The notes beneath the pieces were generated by a model. The model was given only the letters and a program-made list of their open reading frames with translations. It was not told the DNA's origin and ran no database searches. A stretch of 61,131 nucleotides of DNA, filler included, from Sphacelaria rigidula (taxonomy: Eukaryota): the NCBI GenBank assembly GCA_964200075.2. It is 4 parts of 4 records of this genome, joined end to end, with 100 filler letters (N's around TTAATTAATTAA, not from the genome) between each part and the next. Parts side by side here need not be neighbours in the genome. Positions count along the whole stretch, not along the records: positions 15,310 to 30,517 come from CAXNAA020001861.1; positions 30,618 to 45,825 come from CAXNAA020001862.1; 2 more parts are not named here. The stretch is one strand, 5' to 3'. Of this stretch, positions 24,820 to 36,291 are shown in pieces. Every line of letters begins with the position of its first letter. Position 1 is the stretch's first letter. Made by a program: the position numbers and the translations under genes.

Positions 24820-27800
24820 TGTGTCGCATTTTGAGTCTTCCTTATTGCAGGTGATAACACGTGTGCCACCTCCCTGTAGGTTGCTTGATTTGATTAATAG
24901 ATTGATTTCATGCGTTGACTAATTGGTTGATTATCGTAGATGGAGTGACCTTCGAGAGATGCAGACGTGGTCACAAGATGGACTTCCCCAAGGTACGCAG
25001 AACGGAAACAGCCGCTAGAGGAAGCTTGGGAACGGGAGAAGACCAAGAAAGCAATGTCGAGCGAACGAAGTAAACCGGACAAGAATGGGCGACAAACGTA
25101 GAAAAACACACTAAGGAGGAGGATGTGGATTGTTGACACCGATGAACATGATGGGAAGTATTGATCAGAAAGAAACAAAAATCAAGATGATCAGAAATGG
25201 CCAGCCCGTGCTTCATAGCTTCAGGCAAAAAGCATGGCGGAAAAAATGCTGCGGAACCTACATAGGAATCACGCTATTTGGGTATGAACTGTACCCACGA
25301 GCTCTACAGATAACACTGCAGTGCATTGAAAATGAGAGAACATTGATCTTGATTGGTTGATTGTCTACACGTTAGCTGATCCTCCCGCGGGACCCAGCCG
25401 GGTCACAGCATAGACGTACCCTAGGGCCGAAGTTCTCAAGAGCATGGCGGCACGTGCACCGCGCCCAGCTGACTAGGTTTTGGTGGATCCGACCCCCACA
25501 CTCCTTTGAGTAAGGCTTGCGAACGCTCGAGGCGCCTACCCCACATGACTGCCGCGAGGCAGTCCAGCGAGGCTCTGGGTATTCGGCACACGAAACCGCT
25601 TGCGGGGTAAGCGCTGGGTCAGGTTTCCTGCTTCCTTGAATCACAGAAAAAAAAATAGACGCACTCAAGGTGATCAACAATGGAAATGATCGCTGAAGAC
25701 GAAAAATGAGAAAAAAACAAGTTGAAACGAGTGGAGTAAACTGGACAAGAACAAGCGAACACAAAAATAGAACCACGCAGAAGAAGCAGAGGGAAGGAAA
25801 AGCGAAACTGAACAAAAACCGGTCCCGATGAAGATTGATAATGTAAACCACGAGAAATGGCAGGCTCCTGTGGCATGGCTTCAGGTGAAGAAAGAAGAAC
25901 GTGCGAAAAAAACATACATCCTGCGGGAGTGGGCTGCGGCTCAGCTAGAAGAGAGACCGGATAAAAACTGGAAACGTGCGCAAAAAGTTACCGACGACTA
26001 AACCGCTATGATAATTCATTCAGCCCGTTGAACTGCTTACCTGTGACCGCTGGTTTCAATCCTTTTTTTATTCGTGTGTCGCAGGTCCTGTGGCTCCCTT
26101 CGGATTCGAGATGGGATTCTTCGCGGTGGAGAGCGAGGCAGCAAAGCTTACCGATCCAGGTAGGCGTGCAGGATGAGCTTGGCGGTATATTAACCCACCA
26201 GACCGGGGTCATCGACTTCTTTTCATGCGATGGTTGGATGCATCCCATAGCAGAGGCTAGGTCAGACTCCATGTGCCGCGTTTTGTCTCAGTGTCAAATG
26301 TGGTTGTGATCACTTTGTTAAGTGCCATCACCGCCGAGAACGCCTGCTTTCGTTTGGGGGGATGCACGACTTCGACGGCAGGTCGGACGTGATCCGATGA
26401 CGATGTGATCTCATCGCCTCCGACTTGATCCCTCTCCTGGACACCTACAGCGCGTTCCTGGCGCAAACCGAAGGGGGCAGGCAGCGAGAAAGCTCGTTCC
26501 TGTCGAGAAATCAACGAGTTTGCACGGATCGCTCTAGTGCGTGTTATAGAACGACATACACAACGCCGGTGTAATGCTTGCCTCGTTGAATCCTGTCGCA
26601 TGTCAGAAATGTCAAAACCAAAGCACGAAGACGTATGCAACCGAAGAACTCACGTTGAAATTTCACGGCGGCCTTCACCCCCACGTTTTTCCTTGTATTA
26701 CTGTTTCGACATGGTGTGCTGACAGCTTTTCAAGCGGTGAGGTGCCAAGTGCTGGACTATTTCTTCCGGCAGCGAGAGTGCCTTCGCGATGACCACGTCT
26801 TGTTTTCGTTCGAGCGGAGCATGCTATTTTCCAAGGCAGAGTTCGCCCTGATCAATCAGGTGATGACGATTCAGGTTTCGTTGTGACGCTTGTGTCGTCG
26901 GGTCTCCGTTGTCGTAATGTTGTAGTCGTTGTCACTGTTGGATGTCGATTTCTGTCGTACCGCACATCTCCTCGTAATGGTGTAGATACAATCGTCGGAT
27001 GATCATACTTCCAGGCCGCCTTTCTAGTTGTGGTATCAGTTCGGTCGCTGGATTTCGATTGTCATGGGCGTGCCGTGTCGCGAGTTGAATTCGGCTCACC
27101 GTCAGTGTGGCCTGTCCACCCTCGAAGGCCACCTGGGCGAAGTCCGGTCACCCTGTGACGGCCGACGAAAATATCATAGACCCCTCACGACAGCCTCTCG
27201 GATGTAGTGAGGCACAAATATGTCCCGAAACGACCACAGTACCCTTGCCACGTACCTGAATCCTTCGGGGCGCAAGCCTCATTTCGGAACAAGATTATCG
27301 GCTGGCGTTCAACGCTGGTGTCTCCGGCGCTATAAGTAAGCTCATCATATCTGTTGGCGTGTATCACCAATACCAATGACAAGGTACCGTGGATTCGGGG
27401 GATTCCAATCTTTGACCAACGTGATGCTATCTAAAGGAAGAATATGGTTTTCACGTACGTCCAGTGGTCGATCTGTAGCGGGTGCCTATGCGAATTATAT
27501 AGTAGGCACGGCAGTGCGCAGGCACAGCATTCGTCAGTAATGGCTGCGTTCGGGATGAACTAAGAACCTAGTCTGGAACGATGATGACCACTATACTTCG
27601 CGGCAACAGCTCTATTCGTATTTATTAGTCTTGTACCACGTTCAGTTTTCACTGTTGATCCTTTTCTGTCTTTCCCCCTCCTCGAGTTTAATTCAGCCAC
27701 TGTTTCGTCGATGTAATATGCCTTGGATAGCTGTCTTGTGACTCAATGTTTATGTGGAGACAATCTATCAATTGATCGTTTGAGTCTCACAGCTGCCGGC

Positions 27801-29371
27801 CCGGGGTTCCGAAAGTTGGGGGTGTGACGCGATCGTTGCTAGCACCTACCCACTTGCTCATGGAATTGACGACGATACACCAGAGAGTTTCAATTACTTC
27901 TTTTATTCTGCGCCGGATGTCCGTGTGTGCATGTATATACCCCACCGGGACTGAGATCCCAAGTTGGTTGCGGTCATGTACATATTACCTAGCAGGTCGG
28001 TACTGCACCTTTTTCATATTTTTGGTCGGCATTGAGTGTACCCTGTTTATCTGCTCTGCCTTTATATTTTCCCACTTTTCTTCATGGGTTGTTTCTGTTG
28101 TATTTCTATCTCGGGTACGTCTATCGTGTGGATAATGACCACTGCTAGATCATGACTTCTGGGGGATGAGTTAAGGTACGACAATCAAACAATCAATCAG
28201 TTGTGACAGTTCATGTTCCGAAATAATCATCATTCTCCCCATATGTGCAATGTTGTTCGTGTTCATTTGTTTTCTGATTTGTGGCTCATTTACTGTCTTG
28301 ATGTCTACATCGTTGTTTCCAGATATGCCTGCAAATGGGATTCCAGTGCAACGACCCGTGGTTGTACCTTTCTGGGGACAATCCTGAGCTGTTGGATGTG
28401 TACCCTGAGCTGGGATACCTGAGGGACATTGTGTACCTTCTTAAGGCCTTCATGGCCCCGACTTCGGACGCCCTGCCAGAGGTACACGTTCCACATATTT
28501 TCCCCTTGTGTTTCCCTCTAATATTTCTCCTTTATTTCATCTGGTCTGTTGCTGTCGAGTTGATATGTTGTTGCCGGAACAGCTCCTTCGTGTCAACGAT
28601 ATGACGTGTTCTTGATGAACGTTGGATGAGTGGTATGTCTCCCAGGACTGTGAGTCTATTGTACCGCTAGTGAAACTGTAGTGTGTGGTGAGGTGCGTTT
28701 GCATGCGCGCGTGTGTCGCTGGTTGCCTGTCTTGATATTTCTCAACGTTTTGCTGTTTTTGTTGTTGTTGTTGTTGTTGTCTCCGATTGTTAGTTTCTCG
28801 GCGGCGTGTGATATTCCCCCTGGAGATATTTTCCCTTCGATTCACATTTGTCGCTCGTTGAACAAGCTGTTGCCGTAGCTGCTCTCTGTACCACGTGAAT
28901 TTCCGCCCCTGGGTCAGCTGGGCACTCTCTTGAAGAATCCTCCTTCGTAGGGTTATTTCCTAGTTCGCGCTCGAATGTTACGTGTTCGTCCCTGCGTTTG
29001 TTCACATTTTTTCAACTCGTCAGGTGCGCCCCTGGACCCCAGCGGATGCGCGGTTACATTGGCACTGGGCCGGGCTCGAGGAGGGTTATGTGGTCAAGGT
29101 GTGCACGTGTCTTTGATCACATTCTTTTTTTGTTCGCATTGAGTACCGTGGCCTATGCGGAGTATAGTTGCGTCCTGAGCTGAAGGCTGCATGTTTTCTC
29201 GCCTGTTGGGTAGGGTGTTGGACGTTTTTTCCCCACTAGTGTTGTGTGCTCTCCGCCTGCACGCGCTGCAGATATCTATGACTGAACCTTGGCGATTTCA
29301 CGAGTGAACTAGCCAACGCGACGGTGTCGCTCGACTGTAGTTTTGTTCATTTGTTGCCGGGGTGACTTACG

Positions 29372-29429
<58 letters not shown>

Positions 29430-29560
29430 CGCTGCCGCTGCTGCTGCTGCTGCTGCTGCTGTCGAAAGGGGTTTGGAGGACACACGCTGGACTGTCAGGC
29501 CTTCGTGAATACGGAAGACGAAGGGAGGGGGAACAAGAGCGCGCTTACTGTCTTCAGGAG
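15829..29560 (+). CDS. Internal 12-exon fragment (~570 aa) of a large conserved protein gene; from memory it resembles giant protist DUF3638/DUF3645-type proteins (tentative)
   Basis: AG/GT-bounded exons splice in frame with no stops: 15829-16026, 16440-16550, 17474-17662, 19813-20004, 22750-22941, 23552-23665, 24599-24776, 26085-26159, 26726-26859, 28323-28481, 29024-29098, 29469-29560. Both ends probably lie off-contig. Confidence 0.88.
16440..16550 (+). CDS. Exon 2
   Basis: tgacag|GCC...ATGCAG|gtagtt; ADISFRTTPRGGNPSKARIVWEATRHCLRLLGLTKMQ. Confidence 0.75.
17090..17440 (-). repeat. Decayed copy of unidentified coding repeat family (intronic)
   Basis: FHASVV...IILHAVAMRPLTSHPYKAGTGTPGF...AITK...MPYELHPTEIVQPGAY across frameshifts. 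Confidence 0.75.
17474..17662 (+). CDS. Exon 3
   Basis: cgtcag|GCTAAG...GTGCAG|gtatgt; AKRTSAHLRWTMLRLAE... Confidence 0.78.
18300..19620 (-). mobile_element. Non-autonomous Helitron-like element in an intron
   Basis: 3' end has a CGGGAGG/CCTCCCG hairpin followed by ...GGAACCTTG|T into a (TA)n tract, plus internal ~130-bp imperfect tandem repeats (18700-19020). Three blocks are shared with 51945-54193. Confidence 0.6.
19813..20004 (+). CDS. Exon 4
   Basis: caacag|GCC...GCCGGG|gtgagg; AIKKTIDSVQEKV...FPLFGRLRRDASVEHMAG. Confidence 0.85.
22014..22647. mobile_element. TIR element (MITE) with CACACGTCGGA termini, containing a nested LINE 3' tail
   Basis: Left CACACGTCGGAGAGCTCATGAGCTACCGAAAGCA; right TGTTTTGGTAGCTCATGAGCTACTGTCCGACGTGTG. 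Confidence 0.75.
22215..22440 (+). repeat. RTE-LINE 3' tail / SINE-like copy
   Basis: Pyrimidine-rich tract + TCTCGGGTACGTCTATCATG...GGCTGGATC...GGGGTCGGTTAA...(ATCA)n; homologous to the LINE tail at 41600-41700. Confidence 0.75.
22750..22941 (+). CDS. Exon 5
   Basis: gcgcag|GAA...ACCAGG|gtgagt; EHKPPPILRPVELTLVPD...LITHMVTR. Confidence 0.9.
23552..23665 (+). CDS. Exon 6
   Basis: ttccag|GTG...ATGCTG|gtgagg; VIPMPLP...CFWQ...MRYETQSHILRML. Confidence 0.9.
24599..24776 (+). CDS. Exon 7
   Basis: ttccag|GAT...CAAG|gtgtgt; DLVSRHFAAASLSLKVTRSFDAVRML...HYSGKAQ (phase 1). Confidence 0.9.
24885..25130 (-). repeat. LINE/SINE-like 3' tail
   Basis: (TTGA)n-like tail followed by a purine-rich tract; diverged relative of the other tails. 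Confidence 0.45.
25349..25430 (-). repeat. RTE-LINE 3' tail copy
   Basis: rc reads GGGTACGTCTATGCTGTGACCCGGCTGGGTCC...GGATCAGCTAA...(AATC)n. Confidence 0.65.
26085..26159 (+). CDS. Exon 8
   Basis: tcgcag|GT...CCAG|gtaggc; GPVAPFGFEMGFFAVESEAAKLTDP (phase 1/1). Confidence 0.85.
26726..26859 (+). CDS. Exon 9
   Basis: tgacag|CT...AATCAG|gtgatg; AFQAVRCQVLDYFFRQ...LFSFERSM...ALINQ. Confidence 0.85.
28105..28199 (+). repeat. RTE-LINE 3' tail copy
   Basis: TCTCGGGTACGTCTATCG...GGGGGATGAGTTAAGGTACGACAATCAAACAATCAATC. Confidence 0.7.
28323..28481 (+). CDS. Exon 10
   Basis: ttccag|ATA...CCAGAG|gtacac; ICLQMGF...YLSGDNPELLDVYPELGYLRDIVYLLKAFMAPTSDALPE. Confidence 0.9.
29024..29098 (+). CDS. Exon 11
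   Basis: cgtcag|GTG...GTCAAG|gtgtgc; VRPWTPADARLHWHWAGLEEGYVVK. Confidence 0.82.
29371..29460. repeat. (GTT)n/(GCT)n microsatellite
   Basis: Direct reading. Other microsatellites: (GTT)n 16241-16275 and 54336-54390, (GT)n 24777-24823, (TA)n 18275-18299, (GCA)n 32536-32566. Confidence 0.95.
29469..29560 (+). CDS. Exon 12
   Basis: cgaaag|GGG...AGGAG|gtatat; GFGGHTLDCQAFVNTEDEGRGNKSALTVFR. Confidence 0.7.
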
Positions 29561-30517
29561 GTATATTTGGTCATCCTCGACGCCGATGATATTCTGGACA
29601 GTGTAGTTCGGGTAGTGGCGCACCAGCTGGTGATATGTATCTTGCTGATTATCTGCCCCTTAAAGTCTTCCTTGTCAACGGTAGCTCACAAGTACCAGGA
29701 TCGGCCTTTTGTGGAGTTATTTTTTTCAACTCGATGTAGTGCTTCGGCGTTGCCGATGATGTGGAGCCCGAGACATGTTTCTGCTACGCTGAACTTGCTT
29801 GGGGTCAGCGAACATAACACGGAACAGCGTTGTAACCCGTCTGATGTGAAAAAATAATTTAATACGCACCAATGCCAACGCTTTTGACTTTTTATCCATG
29901 TATTGATGGTTTTGGAGTAAAGATTCCCGAAGGTTCACAGTCAAGGGGCTATGTCCTGAAAAATGGGTTCATTGCTTTCGGAGGCCTAGCGCCCAACTGG
30001 TGGCTCATTGCTTAATCTACGGTCGAGAGCTCTGTATTCCATTCAGATCAAGGAACCTAGAATCCTCACGGAGATATTCGGGATTTTGCATATGACATTG
30101 ATGAAACGGAGTAAAAAAGGGTTGAGTGAAGAATGAGAGACCAACCGGTCAAGCGGCTCCGGTTGAATCGGGGTTATTGTTGCGGAAGTACGAGGCCACT
30201 AATCGTTGCTGACTCGGTCCTTCAGTGGGCGTGTTTGTGCTTGCAACATCTGATGCAGCACCGGTTTGGGGGGATATGATCCCGTCCTGTTTCCCTCTGA
30301 GTCCACCGAAACAGAGCTGTCAGGCATCCAGCGAGCGTGTGTATCTAGGTCTACCTAATTTCGCTGAGAATCTGGCGAACCTAGTTGTCAATGTTGGTAT
30401 TTGACTTGTTCAGACGCGGGTAACAGTGTTTGTAGACGGTGTTACCAAGGCTTGAATTTTAGTACAAGTGAGTTCTACGTAGCATGTGGTTGAGGCAGTG
30501 CTCAGTGATATGACAAC

Positions 30518-30617
30518 NNNNNNNNNNNNNNNNNNNNNNNNNNNNNNNNNNNNNNNNNNNNTTAATTAATTAANNNNNNNNNNNNNNNNNNNNNNNNNNN
30601 NNNNNNNNNNNNNNNNN
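30518..30617. other. Artificial contig-join linker
   Basis: Identical 100-bp N44-TTAATTAATTAA-N44. Confidence 0.98.
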
Positions 30618-30690
30618 CGTCCCGGCTTTGTAGAGATGCGAGGTCAATAGTCTTATGACTATGGCATGCATGGTCATGAGGACACCCTTC
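30618..30690 (-). repeat. Fragment of the same coding repeat family
   Basis: GVLMTMHAIVIRLLTSHLYKAGT at the contig end. Confidence 0.72.
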
Positions 30691-30694
30691 TTGA

Positions 30695-31022
30695 GGGTGG
30701 GGATGGCGATAAGAATGGGGCTGAGCATACTTTCATCGTCGTCCTCGGAGATGTCTCCGTGTAGCGGCTTGAGGTGCTTGATCATCTCCCTGAGGACCCC
30801 GTGCCGCAAGGACCGTTCGTACCCTGCAATTCTTTCGCGACCTTGAAGACAATGAGCATGGTCATTGTCTTCAAGGTCCCGAAGTCGTTGCAGGGTACGA
30901 ACGACACTTGCGGCACGGGGGCCTCAGGGAGAATATCAAGTACCTCAAGTCGCAATACAAGGATCTCTTCGGGGTCGACGATGAACGTATCCTCGGCTCC
31001 AATCTTATCGCCATCCCTGCCC
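30695..31022. repeat. Long imperfect palindrome 1 (~328 bp, no spacer)
   Basis: Arms symmetric about AATGAGCATGGTCATT (centre 30858/9), e.g. GGGATGGCGATAAGA / TCTTATCGCCATCCC and CTTGAAGACAATGA / TCATTGTCTTCAAG. Confidence 0.92.
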
Positions 31023-31197
31023 AGATGTCGGGCCTGTTGTACGATCTTTCGTGATCTCGATTACAGCATTCCGCAAGTATTGAACCAAATTCAATCAGAT
31101 CGAGCGATGATGGGACACTTGTCGACGTTCTGGATCACCAACTTCACAGCTTGTGGCTGGATCTTGTCTGTGAGCGGAGAAGAAAAAGGTGTTCTAC

Positions 31198-31587
31198 CCG
31201 GTTTTGGCTCAGATATCCCTCCCTTGTTCAGGATGGGGATGGCGATAAGAATGTGGCTGAGCATACTTTCATCGTCGTCCTGGGAGATGTCTTTTTGTTG
31301 CGACTTGAGGTGCTTGATCATCTCCCTGAGGACCGCGTGCCGCAAGGGCCGCTTGTACCCTGCAACTCATTCGGGACCTTGAAGACAATGACCATGGTCA
31401 TTGTCGTCAGGGCCCCGAAGTCGTTGCAGGGTACAAGCGGCACTTCTGGCACGCGGTCCTCAAGGAGACGATCAAGTACCTCAAGTCGCAATACAAGGAT
31501 GTCTTCGAAGACGACGATGAACGTATCCTTAGCCTCAATCTTGTTTCCCTCCTCTGAAGGAGGGAGGGATATCTGAGCCAAAACCGG
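31198..31587. repeat. Long imperfect palindrome 2 (~390 bp), tandem paralogue of palindrome 1
   Basis: Centre AATGACCATGGTCATT (31387-31402); outer ends CCGGTTTTGGCTCAGATATCCCTCCC / GGGAGGGATATCTGAGCCAAAACCGG. Confidence 0.93.
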
Positions 31588-32535
31588 AGAATCCGGCGCT
31601 GTGGCCGGTAGCTTCTCTTCAGCAGCGTAGCGTACACCCTTTACCCTTTCGTTCAATGCTGCTGTACACCAACGGAGGTGGTGTATGCACTGGCTGTTCC
31701 AGTTCGCGGTTATCAGCATCTCTTTTTATGCCAGGAGGATTTCACATCCGGCCATGTTCACTTGCATCGCCCACCGTACGAATACCCGATCTCAAAAGCG
31801 CTCCCCATCTCCCTCGTGTCCCTTGTGGCAGAGGAGTGTAAGGGCAATTATCACTGGTGCTCAATTCCTATACGAAGCATCACCGTGTCGAAGACTTTAG
31901 TGCGTACAGTATCCACAGTAATTGCTGTTCCTTTAGACGATAGATTCCATGCTGTACGCAGTACACTTCTTGACAATGTAATGTGTTGTCCAGGACCGTC
32001 CTAAGCATATCATAATGCCCTTACGGTAGCCGTGTGTCTGTTTTTTATGCGGGCGTAATGACTTGGAAAACTGTCGCAGGTTAGTTAATTATTTTGAACA
32101 CGTGTCAAAAACTTTGACTTGATGAAACCGGAGCGCCATAGAGGATGACTTGAAATAACCAGAGTGTATCACAATTATTGACTCAATTGTAGAACCGGAA
32201 CTTGTCACAAAATTTAGAGCAGTAACACACAGGACAGGAACATCAAAGCAAGGGACTACAGGACCTGGCTCAAGTTGCACAGAGAACGATCACCTGAAGT
32301 CCTACGTCCGATGCAAATACAGAGATTCCTCGCTGTACGGCCGTCCTTGCCCGCACACGTGGAGCGCCCATGCAAGGGCAGACTGGGTCTAACGATGGCC
32401 GTTTCTTGGCTACATAGCAATATGAGTTGGCTACCGGCAGCCACCACTTTACTGTGACTTCGAGGTGCTGCTATATTAGAACAGTAATGGACAGAAATCA
32501 ACGGAGAGCCGCAGAACAGAGTTTATATCAAGTCT

Positions 32536-32567
<32 letters not shown>

Positions 32568-32659
32568 GCGTGTACACTGCTGTCAGAGCGTGTCTTGTCA
32601 GGGACACCGACAGATTGAAATCCACAAACCATAGCCTCAAATTGTGGAATATGGTCGGC

Positions 32660-33000
32660 TTGGGGGGCTGTATGCCGGTGGCGTTGTGCTACTATCCCTC
32701 AGTGCATTGGTTGTGCTCCAGGGTGGGAGTGACAACCAAAATCCAATACTTGACTTTGGACTGCAGGAGATCAAATTTGTTGGGCTTAGTGTACACGCAT
32801 ATATATCACTTGGGTTTTGTATGTACCCACTCATCGCTTGGATCGAGTATTGCTGTACTTTTCACTTGAATGCAGTGTGGTCAGTCTATATCCAAGTCAA
32901 TAGATGAAACAACTCGACATTGGAGTACAGATTGGAAAATCAAATTACTCGTGTTTAATTCACCTGTACTCGTAAGTATTTGGCTAACTCTGGTACTGGA
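32660..33000 (+). repeat. Dispersed repeat with internal tandem units (copy 1)
   Basis: GTGCTACT..CCCTCAGTG.ATTGGT..TGCTCCAGG..GGG..TGA.AACCAAAATCCAATACTTG, shared with 34500-35150. Confidence 0.75.
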
Positions 33001-34499
33001 CCAGAACAGTCGTGTGACACCGCAGGGGACGGCCTGACCTCGGTGGGTGAAACAGATGATCAAGCACCATCACCACGTGATGAGCGCCGCCAAATTGCTT
33101 TCCCCCGCCACCCTGTTTCACGCCAGCAACCGTGAGCACGCATCATGCCGTCTACCGTCGGACGAGCTACTCTCGCTGCTAGTCCGTGTCCGCGAAATAT
33201 TGGGACCCACTTTCTGGTGAGGCGTACATCCCCGGGCAAATCTACTCTACCCCCAACTACCAACAGCGCGCTGGACGCGACCCTGTGCCAATGCACACAC
33301 GTCGTCGAGAATGACCAAAACTTACGTCGACGTCGTGAACAATTGTCCGTTGGTACCGATGTCGGTGACGACAAAATATGCGCAACTTTTCCTACGCAAG
33401 ACGACCCCGAGGCAAGAATTCAGCCGTACCGCTGAAGTGAACAGGGAGCTCAAGGCATGGTCGCAACAACTCGAGAGTGGGAATCCACGCGACGACAAGG
33501 CGATACCACCGCCGTTGCAAACACCGTCGGTGCCTACAACACGCGTGGTGCTGGGGCAAAGTAAGCTCAACGCTTGGCTGCGAAATACCGACAGCGGCAA
33601 TCCACATGACTACGAGGCGATCCCGCTGCCGCTGTGATGACCGCTGATACCTACAACCTCCGTGCGATGATGCAATGGAGGCTATGGGCGTGACTGTCAA
33701 ACACCGGCAGCCGCAGTCCAGGCGACGAGAAGGCGACGGCAGCGCCGGTGTGATCACCGCCGATGCTAACAGAAATGCCGTTAAGGCGAAGAAAGGTATA
33801 GGTGTGGCTGTGAAACGGCAGCGGAAGAGATTCAGGCAAAGACAACGCAGTAGCAACGCCGCTGCGATCGACGTCGATGCAAACCGGCCTGCCGTTGAGA
33901 ATAACGAAACTGTACGCGTGGCTGTACCACATCGGTCAGCGAGAATCCAGGCGACAAAGCGACATCACCGCCGATGCTACGATCGCCGATACCATCGAGG
34001 GTGCTGCTGAGGCAAAGGAAATCCTTCGCGTGGCTATGGCAGACAGGCAGCGGGGAAGAAGTTAAGACGGGACGATAGCATCGCCACTGGCTGGCACTAC
34101 TGTAGAAAGCTCGTCGCCAATAACGCGAGCATGCGGCTGCCGCGGCGAACAAGAATCGCAAGCGGAGCATGTTACCGTGTCACCACAGTTGTACGGGTAT
34201 GCCTTTTTGTGGATAACGTGACATCGTGGGTAACATTCAACACGCTGCAGTTGAGTGTGGGTAACACTGGCATGGCTTCGTGTGGGCAGCGTAAGCGTTG
34301 TGGGCAGCGTCGGGCGCGCCGTACCTGACCGTGCTGCCGCATGGGAACCAATGCAAAATGCCACAATCTTTGCATTTTTCGTCCTTGTAGGTACATACAC
34401 AATGGTTCGACGTCGTTTAAGGAAGCCCCGTAGATTGGAATCAAGATACCATAGATTCAAAAGTTATAATTTAGTCGATTTCAGGGGGGGGGGGGGGCG

Positions 34500-35150
34500 G
34501 GGGGCGGGGTGGTGGTGGTATCCAGCGAATGTCGTGCTACTCCCCCCTCAGTGTATTGGTCATGCTCCAGGATGGGCTGAGAACCAAAATCCAATACTTG
34601 GCTTTAGACCACAGAAGACTAAATTACTTGGGGCTTAGTGTACAGGTACGCGGACTACGTAAGTTTTCATGGGCCCACTAATCATCTGCATTTAGTATTG
34701 CCTGTATTTTTACTTGAATTCAGTATGAGCAGTCTATATCCAAGAATATAGCCAAAACTATTCGACTTTGGACTGCAGATTTGAGGACCAAATGACTTGA
34801 GTTTAGTGTTCCTGTGAAAAACTACTTGGCTCTTGTGTCAGCCCAATAATCACGTAGATCTACTATTACTGGTATTCATCACTTCACTACGGTACGGACG
34901 GTCCATATTCAAGACAATACCCAAAATTACTCGACTTGAGAGCACAAGGACTTGATTACTTGCGTTTAGTGTACCTACATATATATTACTTAGTTTTGTA
35001 AGGGTCCGCCAATCATGTGGATCTAGAGTGGACGGTGTTAGTCACTTGTGTGGTCAAGTCTATATCCAAGGCAATAACCTAAACTAGTTGACTTTAGAAG
35101 ACCTAATTACTCGGGTCCGGTGCATCTGTATAAAAAATAATTGAGTTTGG
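34500..35150 (+). repeat. Same repeat (copy 2) with 3-4 degenerate ~160-170-bp subunits
   Basis: Recurrent AGTCTATATCCAAG...CGACTT...AATTACT motifs at ~34730, 34900 and 35055. Confidence 0.72.
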
Positions 35151-36291
35151 TGAACAAAAATTTTAGGTGCCCGAAAGTTGAAAATTCTTCCGTCCGGGAA
35201 CGGGGGGCCAGCATAGGTGTCCGAGGTTTCAATCTACGGTAGGGCCCGGTCGTTCCTATCTCGTCGACTTATTCTTACTTTTTAAACGTCAACACAGACA
35301 GCCACTCATCCGTAGTAACGGTCGATTGTCAAGCCTCAACAGTACCAGTCTCCCTAGTACACCTGCCCTTTTGTATCCGTGCGGTACACGTTCGTCATCT
35401 TGATATATTTAACACAACGCTAATGAAGAATTATTCATCGCTTTGGCGACCTTGGCCTGGTGCTGTTCCCGATTGGCTAATGGAGGATGGCAGTATTGTA
35501 GACGCACACCGTAGATAGCAGAACGCTCGGGTGCTGCAGTGAAATCATTACGCGTGTTATCTTTCTGGACCGACAAGATTGCAGCAGCCCAGCACGGCTG
35601 ATCAGCCAAGTTGAGGTTTCTTTATATTGACCTTGTGTGTGCAAAGCTCATAGCGAAGAGAGTGACCGTGCCCTGTACACCTTCATATCACGCTAGCGTT
35701 GCCGTTGAGGCTTACAACAGTGGAGATGCATGCACGCGATTGGAGAGGAGTTACTGGTAGCGTGCAAACATGACCGGGAGAGGGCACGAGGGATATGAGC
35801 GTAGCCATGGCCTGGCGTGCCTGAACTTACTTGTATTTATCTTTCCCCGCCGAAAAATACGATTCCGAACCCACGGCGGGGGGAAATAAGAAGCGACCTG
35901 CTGGCGAATGGGCGCTAAATGAAAAGTAAAAGTTGGAATCAGTGTGCGCATGCGTGTGCCCGCATTGAGTAAAAAATAGTCCGCCTTGTTTCAGCAAACC
36001 GTGAAATATTTCCACTAGTATGTGCCTTCCGGAAAACCTAATATTGAGGAAAAACAACGTCACAGGGCTAGGGTACTCCTCTACATATTCCGGAACATTT
36101 CAGGGTCAAGAGCTGAGTGTACGATAAGAAGCTCTACAGCGGACAACCTCTGCTGACGCGAGGAGTATTCCTGCTGAGTTTCCAACCTCATGCACCATCT
36201 TAATGGAACGTATCAAGAGTTTCATTTTTCACTGCTGAATAGTCATTTGACCCTGACTTGCGGGGCTCTGATTGGCTGATCCTTGTTGCAG

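Noticed and set aside
29343-29857. Poly-Cys/poly-Leu ORFs (also 16084-16517, 54191-54590)
   Set aside because: Translations of (GTT)n/(GCT)n microsatellites.
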